Shown here piece by piece: positions 14,301 to 23,975 of a DNA stretch of 59,634 bases. The notes below the pieces were generated by a model, which was given only the letters and a program-made list of their open reading frames with translations, searched no databases and had not been told where the DNA came from. The translations under genes and the position numbers were made by a program. The stretch's first letter is position 1, and each line of letters opens with the position of its first letter. Where the stretch lies: NCBI GenBank assembly GCA_964392625.1, contig CAYMQG010000045.1:1-59634 (forward strand), read 5' to 3'. The stretch comes from an uncultured Gammaproteobacteria bacterium (lineage in GTDB: Bacteria > Pseudomonadota > Gammaproteobacteria > Steroidobacterales > Foliamicaceae).

Positions 14301-14825
14301 ATTGACCAGCGGCACGCGAAGATAGGCCGCTTCGTCGAGCCTTCTCCGCAGGTCGTCCGGATCCAGTTCCTGCCCGGTGCGGCAGCTGACCCCCAGCCAT
14401 TGGCGAAGCTGCGCGCGCGGCGGCAGGCGGTCCAGCAGCGTGGGCGCGGCGACGAACAGTGCACGCGCCGTTTGACGCGCGTCGCCGGTCAGCAGGCCGG
14501 ACAGCGTTTCCAGGCGCCGTGAGGTGATTTCGGGATGCGGGCTGAACAGGTCGTAGGGGAGCGTCTCCCGGTCGGGCAGCAAAGCCATGCCGTTGCCGCT
14601 TCCCCGGAACCACGCCACCTGCTGCATGAATTGCTCCACGCGTCCCGGCTCGGGCGTGACGACCAGGACGCACGGCGACTCGCGGGCGTCAATCAGGTGC
14701 GCGCAGACCAGCGGCGCCGCGCCCGCGCTGACGCCGTGCAGTTCGAGTTCGGCATCGCGCCCGTGTGGCCAGACAATCCGCCGGATTGCCGATGAAGCTT
14801 CGCCGGGCGCCTTTTCCTCTTCCAT
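11310..14825 (-). CDS. mfd: Transcription-repair coupling factor
   Basis: ETLPYD, VVHEDHGIGRY (RID), CGDVGFGKTEVA, DEEH, TATPIPRT, QLRGRVGRS, DLEIRGAG. Confidence 0.98.
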   Translation of the reverse strand: MEEEKAPGEASSAIRRIVWPHGRDAELELHGVSAGAAPLVCAHLIDARESPCVLVVTPEPGRVEQFMQQVAWFRGSGNGMALLPDRETLPYDLFSPHPEITSRRLETLSGLLTGDARQTARALFVAAPTLLDRLPPRAQLRQWLGVSCRTGQELDPDDLRRRLDEAAYLRVPLVNEPGEYAVRGALLDIFPSGSPAPVRIEFFDREVESIRRFSPASQRSTGELDSFRLMAARELPLDPDGIEAFRERFRRRFPQNPARAEVFRKVGEGMAPQGAENYLPLFFGRTETLWDYLPSDSAVVLLPGAVTALESEWEAIADRYRQRDGDLEQPCLPPEELFAPPDLHKAAVAGRRSFDCRPEALADMAVRANSQSIRARPAPAVPLTRNDEHASLEAYAQTPGRRILLAAETAGQRELVRELLRGRQLRAQDVASWSDFLASAAPLCLAESPLDHGIVLGDDLTVLTERELFGRQRPLTRRRRRGQPAPEAILQSLADLVPGAPVVHEDHGIGRYEGLQHMDVGGAPAEFMRVRYAGDDRLYVPVSDMQLITRYTGGSPEHAPLHRLGSDAWDRIKRRAERQLRDVAAELLQLQARRAARTMPAIEAPPTEMSAFTARFPYRLTHDQERAVEQVLDDLAAGRPMDRLICGDVGFGKTEVALRAAFAAVFQGHQVAVLAPTTLLVEQHYRVFSDRFADWPVRVEMLTRFGAGRRNEEVRERIADGQADIVVGSHGLLNPRVRFKRPGLLVVDEEHRFGVRQKERIKNLRAGLHVLTLTATPIPRTLNMSLGGLRDLSLITTPPPARMAVRTFVTPWRNSLIREACGRELRRGGAVFFVHNRVRDIDRIARELQALLGDVRLEVAHGQLPDAELQRVMTDFYHRRFDVLVCTTIIESGLDIPHANTMLINRADRLGLAQLHQLRGRVGRSHHQAYAYLIRPHEKEMTADAHKRLEAIQAAGELGAGFLLATHDLEIRGAGELLGEEQSGQIQQIGFSLYNDMLSRAVQDLRDLPADSPGVAAQPRADVDLNLGALLPEDYMPDVNQRLSWYKRVSTAADASTLNGLMVELVDRFGPAPEQALNLFRQARIQQRMRKLRIRMLQAADRGGEAEFHTDTPVDPLHLAALVRRQPEEYALRPNDALRFRADLSRPEQRFRYVERLLASLEEARRSETVH

Positions 14826-14878
14826 ACGGCGCGCATTATGAAGGCGAACGGCAGGCAGGTTCGTGGGACAATGGCGCG

Positions 14879-16123
14879 ATGATCCGGCCCCTAGCGCTTG
14901 CCATCGCCTGGCGATACCTGCGCGCGCCCACGCGCAACCGCTTCGTGTCCTTCATCGGCCTGGCTTCAGTCATCGGCCTGGCCCTCGGAGTGGCCTCGTT
15001 GATCGTCGTGATTGCGGTAATGGACGGCTTCTCCGCGGAATTGCGCGACCGGCTGCTCAGGTTTGACGCCCAGGTGAGCGTGGTCGCCGAGGACGGGCTG
15101 GGCGACTGGCGCGAAACCGCGGAAGAACTGGCGGCACTGCCCGGGGTCCGGCGGGTCGGTCCGGTGGTGGAGCTGGAAGCCCTGCTGGTGTCCAGGCGGC
15201 GCTATGCCGGCGTGCAGTTGCTGGGAATAGCCGCCGACCCCGCCATGCAGGCAGCGCCGTACGGCCGGTCCGTCATCGCCGGGTCCTTCGCCGATCTCCA
15301 CACCGGCGGCGGCGGGCTGGCAGTGGGACGCTACCTGGCGGACACGCTGGGCGTTCGCGTGGGCGACACCGTCCGGCTGCTGATCCCCCGGCCCAACGGC
15401 GCCGCTCCCAGCCTGCGCGACCTTCCGGTCAGCGCGGTTTTCCTCGCGGGCAACGCCGGTCCGGACAGCAGCCTGGCGCTGGCGGGCCTGGCGACCGTGT
15501 CCGAGCTCGCCGGCCTTGAAGGCCGGGTCAGCGCGCTGCAGGTCAGCGGCAGCGATCCCTATGAAACGCCGGCGGCAGTGGAAACCTGGGCGGCAGGTTC
15601 CGAACGGGTCCGCGCCGACGGTCTGACGACGCGTTCCTGGATGCAGCAGCATGAGGCCCTGTTCCGGACTGTCGAACTGGAACGCCTGGCCATGGGTGCG
15701 CTGTTGTTCACGATCGTCGCGGTGGCCGCGTTCAACATCGTTGCAACGCTGGTCATGTCGGTCAACGAGCGCCGCAGCGAAATCGCCATCCTGGCCACCC
15801 TCGGGGCCCGCACTCCCACCATCATGGCGGTTTTCTCGCTGCAGGGCCTGTTGGCGGGAATCGTCGGGGTGGGCCTGGGAGGAGCGCTGGGCGTCTGGCT
15901 GACGCTGAATATCGACGGCGCCATGCAGTTTTTCGAGAACCTGTTCGGGTTCGACTTCCTGCCGGCGGAGTCGTTCTACCTCACCGGAGTGCCTTCCGAA
16001 TTGACCGCGATGCTCGTCATTACGGTGACCGGGCTGGCGCTGCTGCTGTCGACGCTGGCGTCCTGGTACCCTTCGCGGCACGCTGCGCGGGTGGACCCGG
16101 CCAGCATCCTTCGCTACGAGTAG
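14879..16123 (+). CDS. Lipoprotein-releasing ABC transporter permease (LolC/E family)
   Basis: IAWRYLRA, GLALGVA..VMDGF, VAAFNIVATLVMSV, EIAILATLG, ends PASILRYE. Confidence 0.9.
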   Translation: MIRPLALAIAWRYLRAPTRNRFVSFIGLASVIGLALGVASLIVVIAVMDGFSAELRDRLLRFDAQVSVVAEDGLGDWRETAEELAALPGVRRVGPVVELEALLVSRRRYAGVQLLGIAADPAMQAAPYGRSVIAGSFADLHTGGGGLAVGRYLADTLGVRVGDTVRLLIPRPNGAAPSLRDLPVSAVFLAGNAGPDSSLALAGLATVSELAGLEGRVSALQVSGSDPYETPAAVETWAAGSERVRADGLTTRSWMQQHEALFRTVELERLAMGALLFTIVAVAAFNIVATLVMSVNERRSEIAILATLGARTPTIMAVFSLQGLLAGIVGVGLGGALGVWLTLNIDGAMQFFENLFGFDFLPAESFYLTGVPSELTAMLVITVTGLALLLSTLASWYPSRHAARVDPASILRYE

Positions 16124-16127
16124 TCCG

Positions 16128-17369
16128 GTGCGCGCGTTCGAACTGTGGATGGCGTCGGCGCAGCTCAGGGCGAGCCGCCGCGGCGGGTTCGTTTCACTGG
16201 TATCGATGCTCTCCATGCTGGGAGTCGCGACCGCGGTGGCCCTGCTGGTGGTCGTGCTGTCGGTCATGAACGGTTTCGACCAGGTCGTCCGCGAGCGAAT
16301 ACTGAACGTGCTGGCCCACGGCAGCTTTCACGGCCCCTCCGGAGAATTGAGCGAATGGCGCGAACTGCGCGACGCCGCCCTGAGCCACCCCGAGGTCGAG
16401 TCGGCGGCGCCGTATATCGACGGGCAGGGCGTGCTGAGCGCGCCGGATGCCGTTGCGGGCGTGCAACTGCTGGGCTTTGAACCGGGCGAGGCGGCCTTCC
16501 GGGCGCTGGACGGTCTCGCCCGCGATACGGGGCTTGAAACGCTGAGCGGCGGTTCCTGGGGGATAGTGCTGGGCAGCGAACTGGCGCGGCGCCTGGGTGT
16601 GGGCGATGGCGACGATGTGCTGCTGCAGGTGCCGCAGGGCTGGAGCACGCCGGCGGGAATCGCGCCGCGCATGCGGCGCCTTGAAGTGGCGGGCGTGTTT
16701 CACGCCGGAATGAATGACTTCGACCGCTCGCTTGCCTGGATGCATTACGACGATGCGCGCCGCCTTTTCGGTCTCGGCGACGACGCCAGCGGGTTGCGCG
16801 TGATGCTCAGGGACCCCTGGAGGGTGGAAGCGGTAATGCCCGAAATCGCGGGCGAAAGGGCCGGGAATCTGTTTGTTCGCTACTGGACCTGGGAACACGC
16901 CAGTTTTTTCTATTCCATCGCCATGACCAAGCGCATAACAATTATCATTCTGACGCTTCTTGCGGCGATCGCCGCTTTCAACATTGTCTCCAGCCTGGTC
17001 ATGATCGTGCGCGAGAAAACCCCGGAAATCGGCATTTTGAGGACGCTTGGGTCCACGCCCCGTTCGGTAATGGCTGTGTTCGCCGGGCACGGGGGTTTCG
17101 CGGGCCTGCTCGGAATTGCGCTCGGGCTCGCCGTGGGAATACCGCTGGCCGTGTGGGCCGGGCCGCTCACTTCGGCCGTCGAACAGTTCCTGCAAACCAG
17201 TATCCTCAGCCCGGGCTACAGCCTGGATGAAATGCCCAGCCGCATCCTGGTTCCCGAAGTCATCGCCGTGTGCGCGCTGGCGCTGCTGCTGTCCCTGATC
17301 GCAACCGTCTATCCGGCGCTGCGCGCCGCCCGCACGGACCCGGCCAGCGCCACCCGCCTGGACTCCTGA
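16128..17369 (+). CDS. Lipoprotein-releasing ABC transporter permease (LolC/E family), second paralog
   Basis: VLSVMNGF, AAFNIVSSLVMIVREK, ATVYPALRAARTDPA. Confidence 0.9.
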   Translation: MRAFELWMASAQLRASRRGGFVSLVSMLSMLGVATAVALLVVVLSVMNGFDQVVRERILNVLAHGSFHGPSGELSEWRELRDAALSHPEVESAAPYIDGQGVLSAPDAVAGVQLLGFEPGEAAFRALDGLARDTGLETLSGGSWGIVLGSELARRLGVGDGDDVLLQVPQGWSTPAGIAPRMRRLEVAGVFHAGMNDFDRSLAWMHYDDARRLFGLGDDASGLRVMLRDPWRVEAVMPEIAGERAGNLFVRYWTWEHASFFYSIAMTKRITIIILTLLAAIAAFNIVSSLVMIVREKTPEIGILRTLGSTPRSVMAVFAGHGGFAGLLGIALGLAVGIPLAVWAGPLTSAVEQFLQTSILSPGYSLDEMPSRILVPEVIAVCALALLLSLIATVYPALRAARTDPASATRLDS

Positions 17370-17370
17370 C

Positions 17371-18078
17371 GTGAACGAAACGAAGTCCGCCGCCCAGGCG
17401 CCGCCCTTGTCCTGCCACGGGCTGGTCAGGCACTTTCGCGAGCAGGGCCGGGTCCTTGAGGTGCTGCGCGGCGTGGACCTCAGCATTGCCTTCGGCGAGC
17501 GCATGGCGATAGTGGGCGCCTCGGGTTCGGGCAAGACGACGCTGCTTCAGCTGCTCGGCGGCCTGGACACGCCCACCCGCGGCTGGGTCGAACTCAACGG
17601 CAGGAATTTCAGCGCCATGCGCCCCGCGGAACGCGGAACCCGGCGAAATCGCCACATCGGCTTCGTCTACCAGTTTCATCACCTGCTGCCGGAGTTCAGC
17701 GCCGTGGAAAACGTCGCCATGCCGCTTTTGATCCGGCGGGCCGGCACCTCCGAAGCATTGGCGAATGCGCGCGAGTTGCTCGAGCAGGTCGGGCTGGGCG
17801 AGCGGCTGACGCATCGTCCGGCAAAACTCTCCGGGGGCGAGCGTCAGCGCGTGGCCGTGGCCCGGGCGCTGATAACGCAGCCATCGGTCGTGCTCGCCGA
17901 CGAACCGACCGGCAACCTGGACCCCGAATCCGGCGAACAGGTGTTCGAGCTCCTGCTCAGGCTGAATCGCGACACCGGGACCGCGCTGGTGGTCGTGACC
18001 CATGACTTCAAGCGCGCCCGGCGCATGGATCGGGTCCTCGCCCTGCGCGACGGCCGACTGGCCGAAGCGGGCAACTGA
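17371..18078 (+). CDS. lolD: Lipoprotein-releasing ABC transporter ATPase
   Basis: GASGSGKTT, LolD motif GFVYQFHHLL, LSGGERQR, LADEPTGNLD. Confidence 0.95.
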   Translation: MNETKSAAQAPPLSCHGLVRHFREQGRVLEVLRGVDLSIAFGERMAIVGASGSGKTTLLQLLGGLDTPTRGWVELNGRNFSAMRPAERGTRRNRHIGFVYQFHHLLPEFSAVENVAMPLLIRRAGTSEALANARELLEQVGLGERLTHRPAKLSGGERQRVAVARALITQPSVVLADEPTGNLDPESGEQVFELLLRLNRDTGTALVVVTHDFKRARRMDRVLALRDGRLAEAGN

Positions 18079-18103
18079 ACTCCTTTCCCGGTCCCGGTTG
18101 CTG

Positions 18104-20461
18104 ATGTTGCGGCTGGGAATGGCGTGGCTGGCCGGCGTCTGCCTGGCCTTCCTGGTCCTTCCGCCGCCGCCTGATTCCACCCTTTTCGCCGGCCTTTTGG
18201 CGGCTGCCGCGCTGTGCCTTTGGGCAATGCGGGCCCGGCTTGTCGGCGTTGTGCTGCTGGGCGCCGCCGTGGCCCTGGTGCTGGCCGAAACGCGCTTGCA
18301 GCATCGCATGCCGGACTCCGCCGGCCGGGTGGACCGGATCGTAACCGGCGTGATAGACGATTTTCCGAGCGCCGGCGACGGGACCTGCCGTTTCCGGATC
18401 CGGGCCGGAGATATCGCCGGCCGCGGCCCGCGGCCCGAGCGCATCCTGGTGACCTGGTACGAATGCCACGAGCCGCCCCGGGCCGGCGAAACCTGGCGCT
18501 TCAAGCTGCGCCTGCGCGCTCCCAGGGGACTGTTCAACCCGGGCGGTTTCGATTTCGAGCAGTGGGCGTTCCGCCAGAATCTGAGCGCAACGGGCTATGT
18601 GCGCGATGAACTGGCGCCGCAACGCCTGGCCGGCTGCGATGCGGGCCCGCGGCTGCTCTGCGCCCGGGCCGGCCTTGTGGAGCGGTTGCGGGCCTGGCTG
18701 GACGGCAATCCCGGACTGCCCTATGTCATCGCCCTGACGACCGGAGCGCGGCATTTGCTGGCCGATGGAGACTGGGAAGCCCTGCGACGGACGGGCACCG
18801 CGCACCTGTTTGCGATTTCGGGCCTGCACGTGGGCGTCGTGGCCTGGTTCGCCTGGCTGGTGGGTTCCGGCCTGGGCCGCATTGCCCAGCGCTTCTCCGG
18901 CAGGGTTTCGGCACGCCATGCCGCCTCCGGCATTTCGTTCCTGGCGGCCCTGAGCTATGCGGCACTGGCCGGATTTGCGGTTTCCACGCTGCGCAGCCTG
19001 GCGATGATTACGGCCGTCCTCGTGTTCGCCCAGGTGCGCCGGCACGGCGGATTCGGCGCCGCCCTGGGCGCCGCCCTGCTGGTGGTCCTCGTCCCGGACC
19101 CGTTTGCCGTGCTTTCGCCCGGGTTCTGGCTGAGCTTCGGCGCCGTAGCCCTCCTGGCTCTCAGCGTGCCTGGCCTGCGCGAACCGGCGTCCGGGCCCGG
19201 ACGGCGCGGCACTTCAACCGCATCCTTCCGGGTACGCCGGCTGGCCGTGGCCCAGTGGCGCATTTCCCTGGGACTGGCGCCGCTGGTTCTGGTTTTCTTC
19301 GGCGAGGTTTCGGTCATCGGGGCGGCAGTCAACCTCATCGCAATTCCGCTCTTTTCCCTGCTGATCGTTCCGGGGCTGCTGGCGGCCCTGCTATTGACCG
19401 TCGTCTGGCCTGCCGGGGGCGTATTCCTGCTGCACAACGGCGCCGGCCTTCTCGCCGCCGTGATGTCGATGCTGTCGCAGTTCGCCGTTCTCGATATGGC
19501 CGCATGGGCGCCGCCGGATTTCGGCTTCCTGCCAGCCATCCTGGCCGTTGCCGGCGTAATCTGGCTGCTGGCGCCCAGGCCGGCGCCGGCACGCTGGGCC
19601 GCGCCACTGCTGCTTGTCCCGGCGCTACTGGGGCTGGACCGGAGTCCCGACCAGAACGAATTCGCGGTCACCGTGCTCGATGTCGGCCAGGGGCTGGCAG
19701 TACTGGTGCAGGCGCCGGAATACAACCTGCTTTACGACGCCGGCCCCCGGTACTCCTCCAGCGACGCCGGCGACAGCGTGGTTCTGCCCGCCATACGCTC
19801 GCTGGGCGTGCGGCGTTTGCATGCGCTTGTGGTCTCGCATGGCGACAATGATCACGCGGGCGGAGCGGCGAGCGTCCTGGGCGCCCATCCGGAAGCGGAG
19901 CTGATCGCTCCGGCCCTCTATGGCCTTGAACCGGAGCGCTACCGGCGCTGCGTTACCGGAGAGCAATGGGCGGCCGGCAGGGTGCGGTTCAGGGCCCTGA
20001 ACCCGGAACCGGGCGCGGGATCGCGCGGGAACGACGATTCCTGCGTCCTGGTCGTGGAGGCGCCGGGCGTGCGGGTGCTGTTGCCGGGCGACCTGGAGTC
20101 TTCCGGCGAGTCCCGATTGGCGGGGCGGGCCCTTGACGGGCCGTTCGACCTGGTTCTTTCTCCCCATCACGGCAGTGCCAGCTCCTCTTCGCGCCGGTTC
20201 GTGCGGGCGGTGCGCCCGCGCCTGGTGGCGCATTCCACCGGATTCTTCAACCGGTGGGGATTCCCAAGAGATACGGTAGTCGCGCGTTGGGCCCGGCAAG
20301 GCGCCCGGCAGTGGGACACGGGTGCGAGCGGCGCGTTGCGGTTCGAATCGATCGGTGGGCGTCCGCTGGAGCTTGCGACGGAATGGCGCCGCGACCGGGC
20401 GCGGCTCTGGACCTATCCGCCGCCCGCGGAAAGTGATTCGCATTCCCCCGGCGCCGGGTAA
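18104..20461 (+). CDS. comEC: DNA uptake competence protein ComEC/Rec2
   Basis: NPGGFDF, HLFAISGLHVG, FWLSF, LDVGQG, SHGDNDHAGG metallo-beta-lactamase motif, HHGS. Confidence 0.93.
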   Translation: MLRLGMAWLAGVCLAFLVLPPPPDSTLFAGLLAAAALCLWAMRARLVGVVLLGAAVALVLAETRLQHRMPDSAGRVDRIVTGVIDDFPSAGDGTCRFRIRAGDIAGRGPRPERILVTWYECHEPPRAGETWRFKLRLRAPRGLFNPGGFDFEQWAFRQNLSATGYVRDELAPQRLAGCDAGPRLLCARAGLVERLRAWLDGNPGLPYVIALTTGARHLLADGDWEALRRTGTAHLFAISGLHVGVVAWFAWLVGSGLGRIAQRFSGRVSARHAASGISFLAALSYAALAGFAVSTLRSLAMITAVLVFAQVRRHGGFGAALGAALLVVLVPDPFAVLSPGFWLSFGAVALLALSVPGLREPASGPGRRGTSTASFRVRRLAVAQWRISLGLAPLVLVFFGEVSVIGAAVNLIAIPLFSLLIVPGLLAALLLTVVWPAGGVFLLHNGAGLLAAVMSMLSQFAVLDMAAWAPPDFGFLPAILAVAGVIWLLAPRPAPARWAAPLLLVPALLGLDRSPDQNEFAVTVLDVGQGLAVLVQAPEYNLLYDAGPRYSSSDAGDSVVLPAIRSLGVRRLHALVVSHGDNDHAGGAASVLGAHPEAELIAPALYGLEPERYRRCVTGEQWAAGRVRFRALNPEPGAGSRGNDDSCVLVVEAPGVRVLLPGDLESSGESRLAGRALDGPFDLVLSPHHGSASSSSRRFVRAVRPRLVAHSTGFFNRWGFPRDTVVARWARQGARQWDTGASGALRFESIGGRPLELATEWRRDRARLWTYPPPAESDSHSPGAG

Positions 20462-20470
20462 ACTCGAAGC

Positions 20471-22225
20471 ATGCAGCCCGAAACTCCGATGAGACGCCTT
20501 GGAGAACTGGCCGTGCCGCACTGGCGCGGCTTCGTAATTGCGGTCCTCGCCATGGCGGTGTTCGCGCTGACGGAGATCGGGTTCGCGGTTGCCGTCGAAA
20601 GGCTGACGGGACTGCTGGTCAACGAGGGCGGGCCCTGGGCGCGATGGTTGCCGGTCGGCGTGCTTGGCCTGTTCCTGGTTCGCGGCGTTTCCGGGTTCGT
20701 TTCGGCCCACCAGCTCGGAAGAATAGGCCGTTCGGTGGTTGGGCAGCTCAGGGTAATGCTGTTCGAGCGGTTTCTGCACATGCCGGTGCGGGCCGTGGAA
20801 AAGCGACCGCGCGCGCAATTGCTGTCGCGCATGCTGTACGACGCCGAGCAGGTGGCGGACGCGGCCTCGACGGTCGTCACCACCATCGTGCGCGACAGCC
20901 TTACGGTGCTCGGGCTGGTCGCCTACATGGTCTATGCCAGCGCCGGACTTTCCGCGGTAGTGCTCGTCGTGGCGCCCCTGATCGCATTGACGGCGCGGGT
21001 ACTGTCCCGGCACTTCCGCCGCTACAGCAGCCGGATCCAGGAAAACATGGGCGAGGTCTCGCGGATCACCGACGAGGCCTTGCGCGGGCTCCGCATCATC
21101 AAGGTGTTCGGGGGCGCGCGGCGCGAAAGCGAACGCTTCGCCCGCGCCAACGAGGGCAACAAGAGGCTGCATCTCAAGCTGATCATGGCGCGCGCCGCCG
21201 GCGACGGCGTCACCATGCTGCTCGCCGCCGTGGGCGTTGCCTCGGTAGCCTGGTTCGTCGCCCAGTATTCCGTCACCGACGGGCTCGAGGTGGAGAAATT
21301 CACCGGCTTCATGGCCGCCATGCTGTTGCTGATGACGCCGCTGAAGCACCTCACCAACGTAAATGCCTCCCTGCAGCGGGGGCTGGCGGCCGCCGAATCG
21401 GTATTCGGCCTGCTGGACGACGAGGTGGAATCCGATGCCGCCGAGTCGCTGTCCGTGCCGACCGGAGAGCGTGCCCGGGGCGAGCTGGAATTCGTCGGCG
21501 TGTCGTTTTCCTATGAGCGCGAGGGTGCCGCGGCCTTGCGTGATGTAACGCTCGGTATCGAGCCCGGCGAGACGGTGGCGATCGTGGGACGATCGGGCAG
21601 CGGCAAGTCCACGCTGGTCAGCCTGATTCCGCGCTTCTTCGAACCGGACGCCGGAGAACTGCGGCTGGACGGGCGCGCCCTGAGCGACTGGCGGTTGCCG
21701 GCCCTGCGCGCGCAGATCGCGCTGGTGACGCAGGACGTCATGCTTTTCAACGACACGCTGGCCAACAACATCGCCTATGGCTCGCTGTCCGGCGCCGATG
21801 CCGGCGCGGTGGAGGCCGCGGCCCGGGCCGCCCACGTCATGGAATTCGTGGAATCCCGGCGCGACGGCCTGGACGCGCTGGTGGGCGAAGGGGGCCTGAG
21901 CCTGTCCGGCGGAGAGAGGCAGCGCGTGGCGATTGCCCGGGCCCTGCTGAAGGACGCGCCGGTCCTGATCCTCGACGAGGCCACTTCGGCGCTGGACAGC
22001 CGCTCCGAGCGCCACGTGCAGGAAGCTCTCGATCGGCTGATGCGCGGCCGCACCACGCTGGTCATCGCCCATCGGCTCAGCACCGTGGAACACGCGGACC
22101 GCATCGTGGTCCTGGAGCGGGGCCGCATCGTGGAAGTGGGGCCGCATGCCGAACTGCTTGCCAGGGGCGGACACTACGCCAGCCTGCACCGGCTGCAATT
22201 CCGAAACAGCGGGAATGCCGGCTGA
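20471..22225 (+). CDS. msbA: Lipid A export ABC transporter
   Basis: TM domain plus GRSGSGKST, LSGGERQR, LDEATSALD; upstream of lpxK. Confidence 0.93.
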   Translation: MQPETPMRRLGELAVPHWRGFVIAVLAMAVFALTEIGFAVAVERLTGLLVNEGGPWARWLPVGVLGLFLVRGVSGFVSAHQLGRIGRSVVGQLRVMLFERFLHMPVRAVEKRPRAQLLSRMLYDAEQVADAASTVVTTIVRDSLTVLGLVAYMVYASAGLSAVVLVVAPLIALTARVLSRHFRRYSSRIQENMGEVSRITDEALRGLRIIKVFGGARRESERFARANEGNKRLHLKLIMARAAGDGVTMLLAAVGVASVAWFVAQYSVTDGLEVEKFTGFMAAMLLLMTPLKHLTNVNASLQRGLAAAESVFGLLDDEVESDAAESLSVPTGERARGELEFVGVSFSYEREGAAALRDVTLGIEPGETVAIVGRSGSGKSTLVSLIPRFFEPDAGELRLDGRALSDWRLPALRAQIALVTQDVMLFNDTLANNIAYGSLSGADAGAVEAAARAAHVMEFVESRRDGLDALVGEGGLSLSGGERQRVAIARALLKDAPVLILDEATSALDSRSERHVQEALDRLMRGRTTLVIAHRLSTVEHADRIVVLERGRIVEVGPHAELLARGGHYASLHRLQFRNSGNAG

Positions 22226-23204
22226 CGCGGCACCAGCGGCATGGGCGCGTCGCGGCTGGCTCAGCGCCTTGCTCCGCCCGGCGGCCGGCCTGTTCGCCGC
22301 CGCCGCCGCCATTCGCCGGACCGCCTACCGCAGGGGTTGGGTGCGTTCGTTCCCGGCCGGCGCGCCGGTGGTGATCGTGGGCAATATCACCGTGGGCGGA
22401 ACCGGCAAGACCCCGATTACCGGCTGGCTGGCACAGTCGCTGGCAAGGGCAGGCCGAAGGCCGGCCATCGTAAGCCGCGGCTACGGGGGACGCAGGCAGA
22501 GCTCTCCGGTGCGCGTCACGCCGCTTTCCGATGCCGCCGCGGTCGGCGATGAGCCGGTCATGCTGGCCAGGCAGGCCGAATGCCCGGTTTGGGTCTGCAT
22601 AGACCGGGCGAGCGCCGCGCGCCGGGCGGCGGAAGAAGGCGCGGAGATCGTGCTGTCGGACGACGGACTGCAGCACTACCGCATGGCGCGGGACCTGGAG
22701 ATTTGCGTCGTCGACGGCCACCGTGGCCTGGGGAACGGTCTTCGGCTCCCGGCCGGTCCGTTGCGCGAATCCTCGCGGCGTCTGAGGGAAGTGGATGAAG
22801 TGCTGGTCCAGGGCATGGAAAGCGAGTTTCCCGGACTCAAGTTCGAGTTGCGGATTGACCGCGCGGTGCGGCTGGACGGCGAACGCGAGCGGCCGTTGAC
22901 GGAGTTCGCCGGCCGGCGGGTCCTGGCGCTGGCGGGGGTCGGGGCCCCGCATCGCTTTCATGCGGCGCTGAGGGCCCACGGTCTCGAAGTGGAGCCGGTA
23001 CGGGCGCCGGACCACGGCCGGGTTTCCCTGGGAGCGCTGCTGAAGCGCGGTTTGCCGGTGATCATGACGGCCAAGGACGCCGTAAAGTACCCGGACCCCG
23101 GGGGTGGGGACCTGTGGTGGACTCCGGCAAAGGTTTACATGCCCGAAATCGCCCGCGAGAAAATCCTCCGCCGGGTCCTCGCGTTGCTTGACACGACACC
23201 ATGA
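22215..23204 (+). CDS. lpxK: Tetraacyldisaccharide 4'-kinase
   Basis: VGNITVGGTGKTP, SRGYGG, GDEP, DDGLQH, LPAGPLRE, MTAKDAVK. Confidence 0.96.
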   Translation: MPADAAPAAWARRGWLSALLRPAAGLFAAAAAIRRTAYRRGWVRSFPAGAPVVIVGNITVGGTGKTPITGWLAQSLARAGRRPAIVSRGYGGRRQSSPVRVTPLSDAAAVGDEPVMLARQAECPVWVCIDRASAARRAAEEGAEIVLSDDGLQHYRMARDLEICVVDGHRGLGNGLRLPAGPLRESSRRLREVDEVLVQGMESEFPGLKFELRIDRAVRLDGERERPLTEFAGRRVLALAGVGAPHRFHAALRAHGLEVEPVRAPDHGRVSLGALLKRGLPVIMTAKDAVKYPDPGGGDLWWTPAKVYMPEIAREKILRRVLALLDTTP

Positions 23205-23938
23205 CCGCCGCCTTTCATATCGTCATCCCAGCGCGATACGCGTCCAGCCGATTGCCCGGCAAGCCACTGACGCCGCTGGCGGGGCGGCCCCTGGTGGAGC
23301 ATGTGTGGCGCCGGGCAGGCGAGGGCGGGGCGAAAACCGTCGTTGTCGCCACCGACGACGAGCGCGTGGCCTCCTGCGTGGAGGGCTTCGGCGGCCGGGC
23401 CTGTCTGACCCGTGCCGATCACGCCTCGGGGTCGGACCGGGTGGCGGAGGTGGCCGAACAGCTTCGGTTCGGACCGCAAGATGTGGTCGTCAACCTCCAG
23501 GGCGATGCGCCGCTGGTCGATCCGGCGCATATTCGCGCCGTGGCCGCCAGAGCGCATCGCGACGATCTCGCCACGCTGGCTTCCCCGCTGCCGGACCCGG
23601 CCGAAGCCGCCAACCCCAACGTGGTCAAGGTTGTGCTGGACGCGTCCGGAAGGGCCCTGTACTTCAGCCGCGCACCGATTCCGGCCAGCCATCCGGCCAG
23701 GGCCGGGCGGCCCCGCTACCTTCGCCATACCGGTCTGTACGCTTACCGTGTCGACGTTCTCAGGCGCCTGACGCGTGAGCCGGCCTGCGAGCCGGAATTG
23801 AGCGAGGGGCTGGAGCAGCTTCGGGCCCTGTGGCTGGGCATGAGCATAGGCGTGGAAGTCGTGGATCCGCCACCGGGTCCGGAAGTGGACACTCCCGAAG
23901 ATGTGCGCCGGGTGGAGCGGTTCCTGCGCTCCGTATAA
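23201..23938 (+). CDS. kdsB: CMP-KDO synthetase
   Basis: IPARYASSRLPGKPL, NLQGD, ALYFSRAPIP, LEQLRALW, VDTPED. Confidence 0.96.
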   Translation: MTAAFHIVIPARYASSRLPGKPLTPLAGRPLVEHVWRRAGEGGAKTVVVATDDERVASCVEGFGGRACLTRADHASGSDRVAEVAEQLRFGPQDVVVNLQGDAPLVDPAHIRAVAARAHRDDLATLASPLPDPAEAANPNVVKVVLDASGRALYFSRAPIPASHPARAGRPRYLRHTGLYAYRVDVLRRLTREPACEPELSEGLEQLRALWLGMSIGVEVVDPPPGPEVDTPEDVRRVERFLRSV

Positions 23939-23975
23939 TATTTTCCCCGCCGTCAACTACCGAACGAGGGATTCC

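Noticed and set aside
19188-19203. Perfect 16-bp palindrome CGTCCGGGCCCGGACG in a comEC loop
   Set aside because: Single, almost all G/C, and unrelated to the repeat family; plausible by chance.
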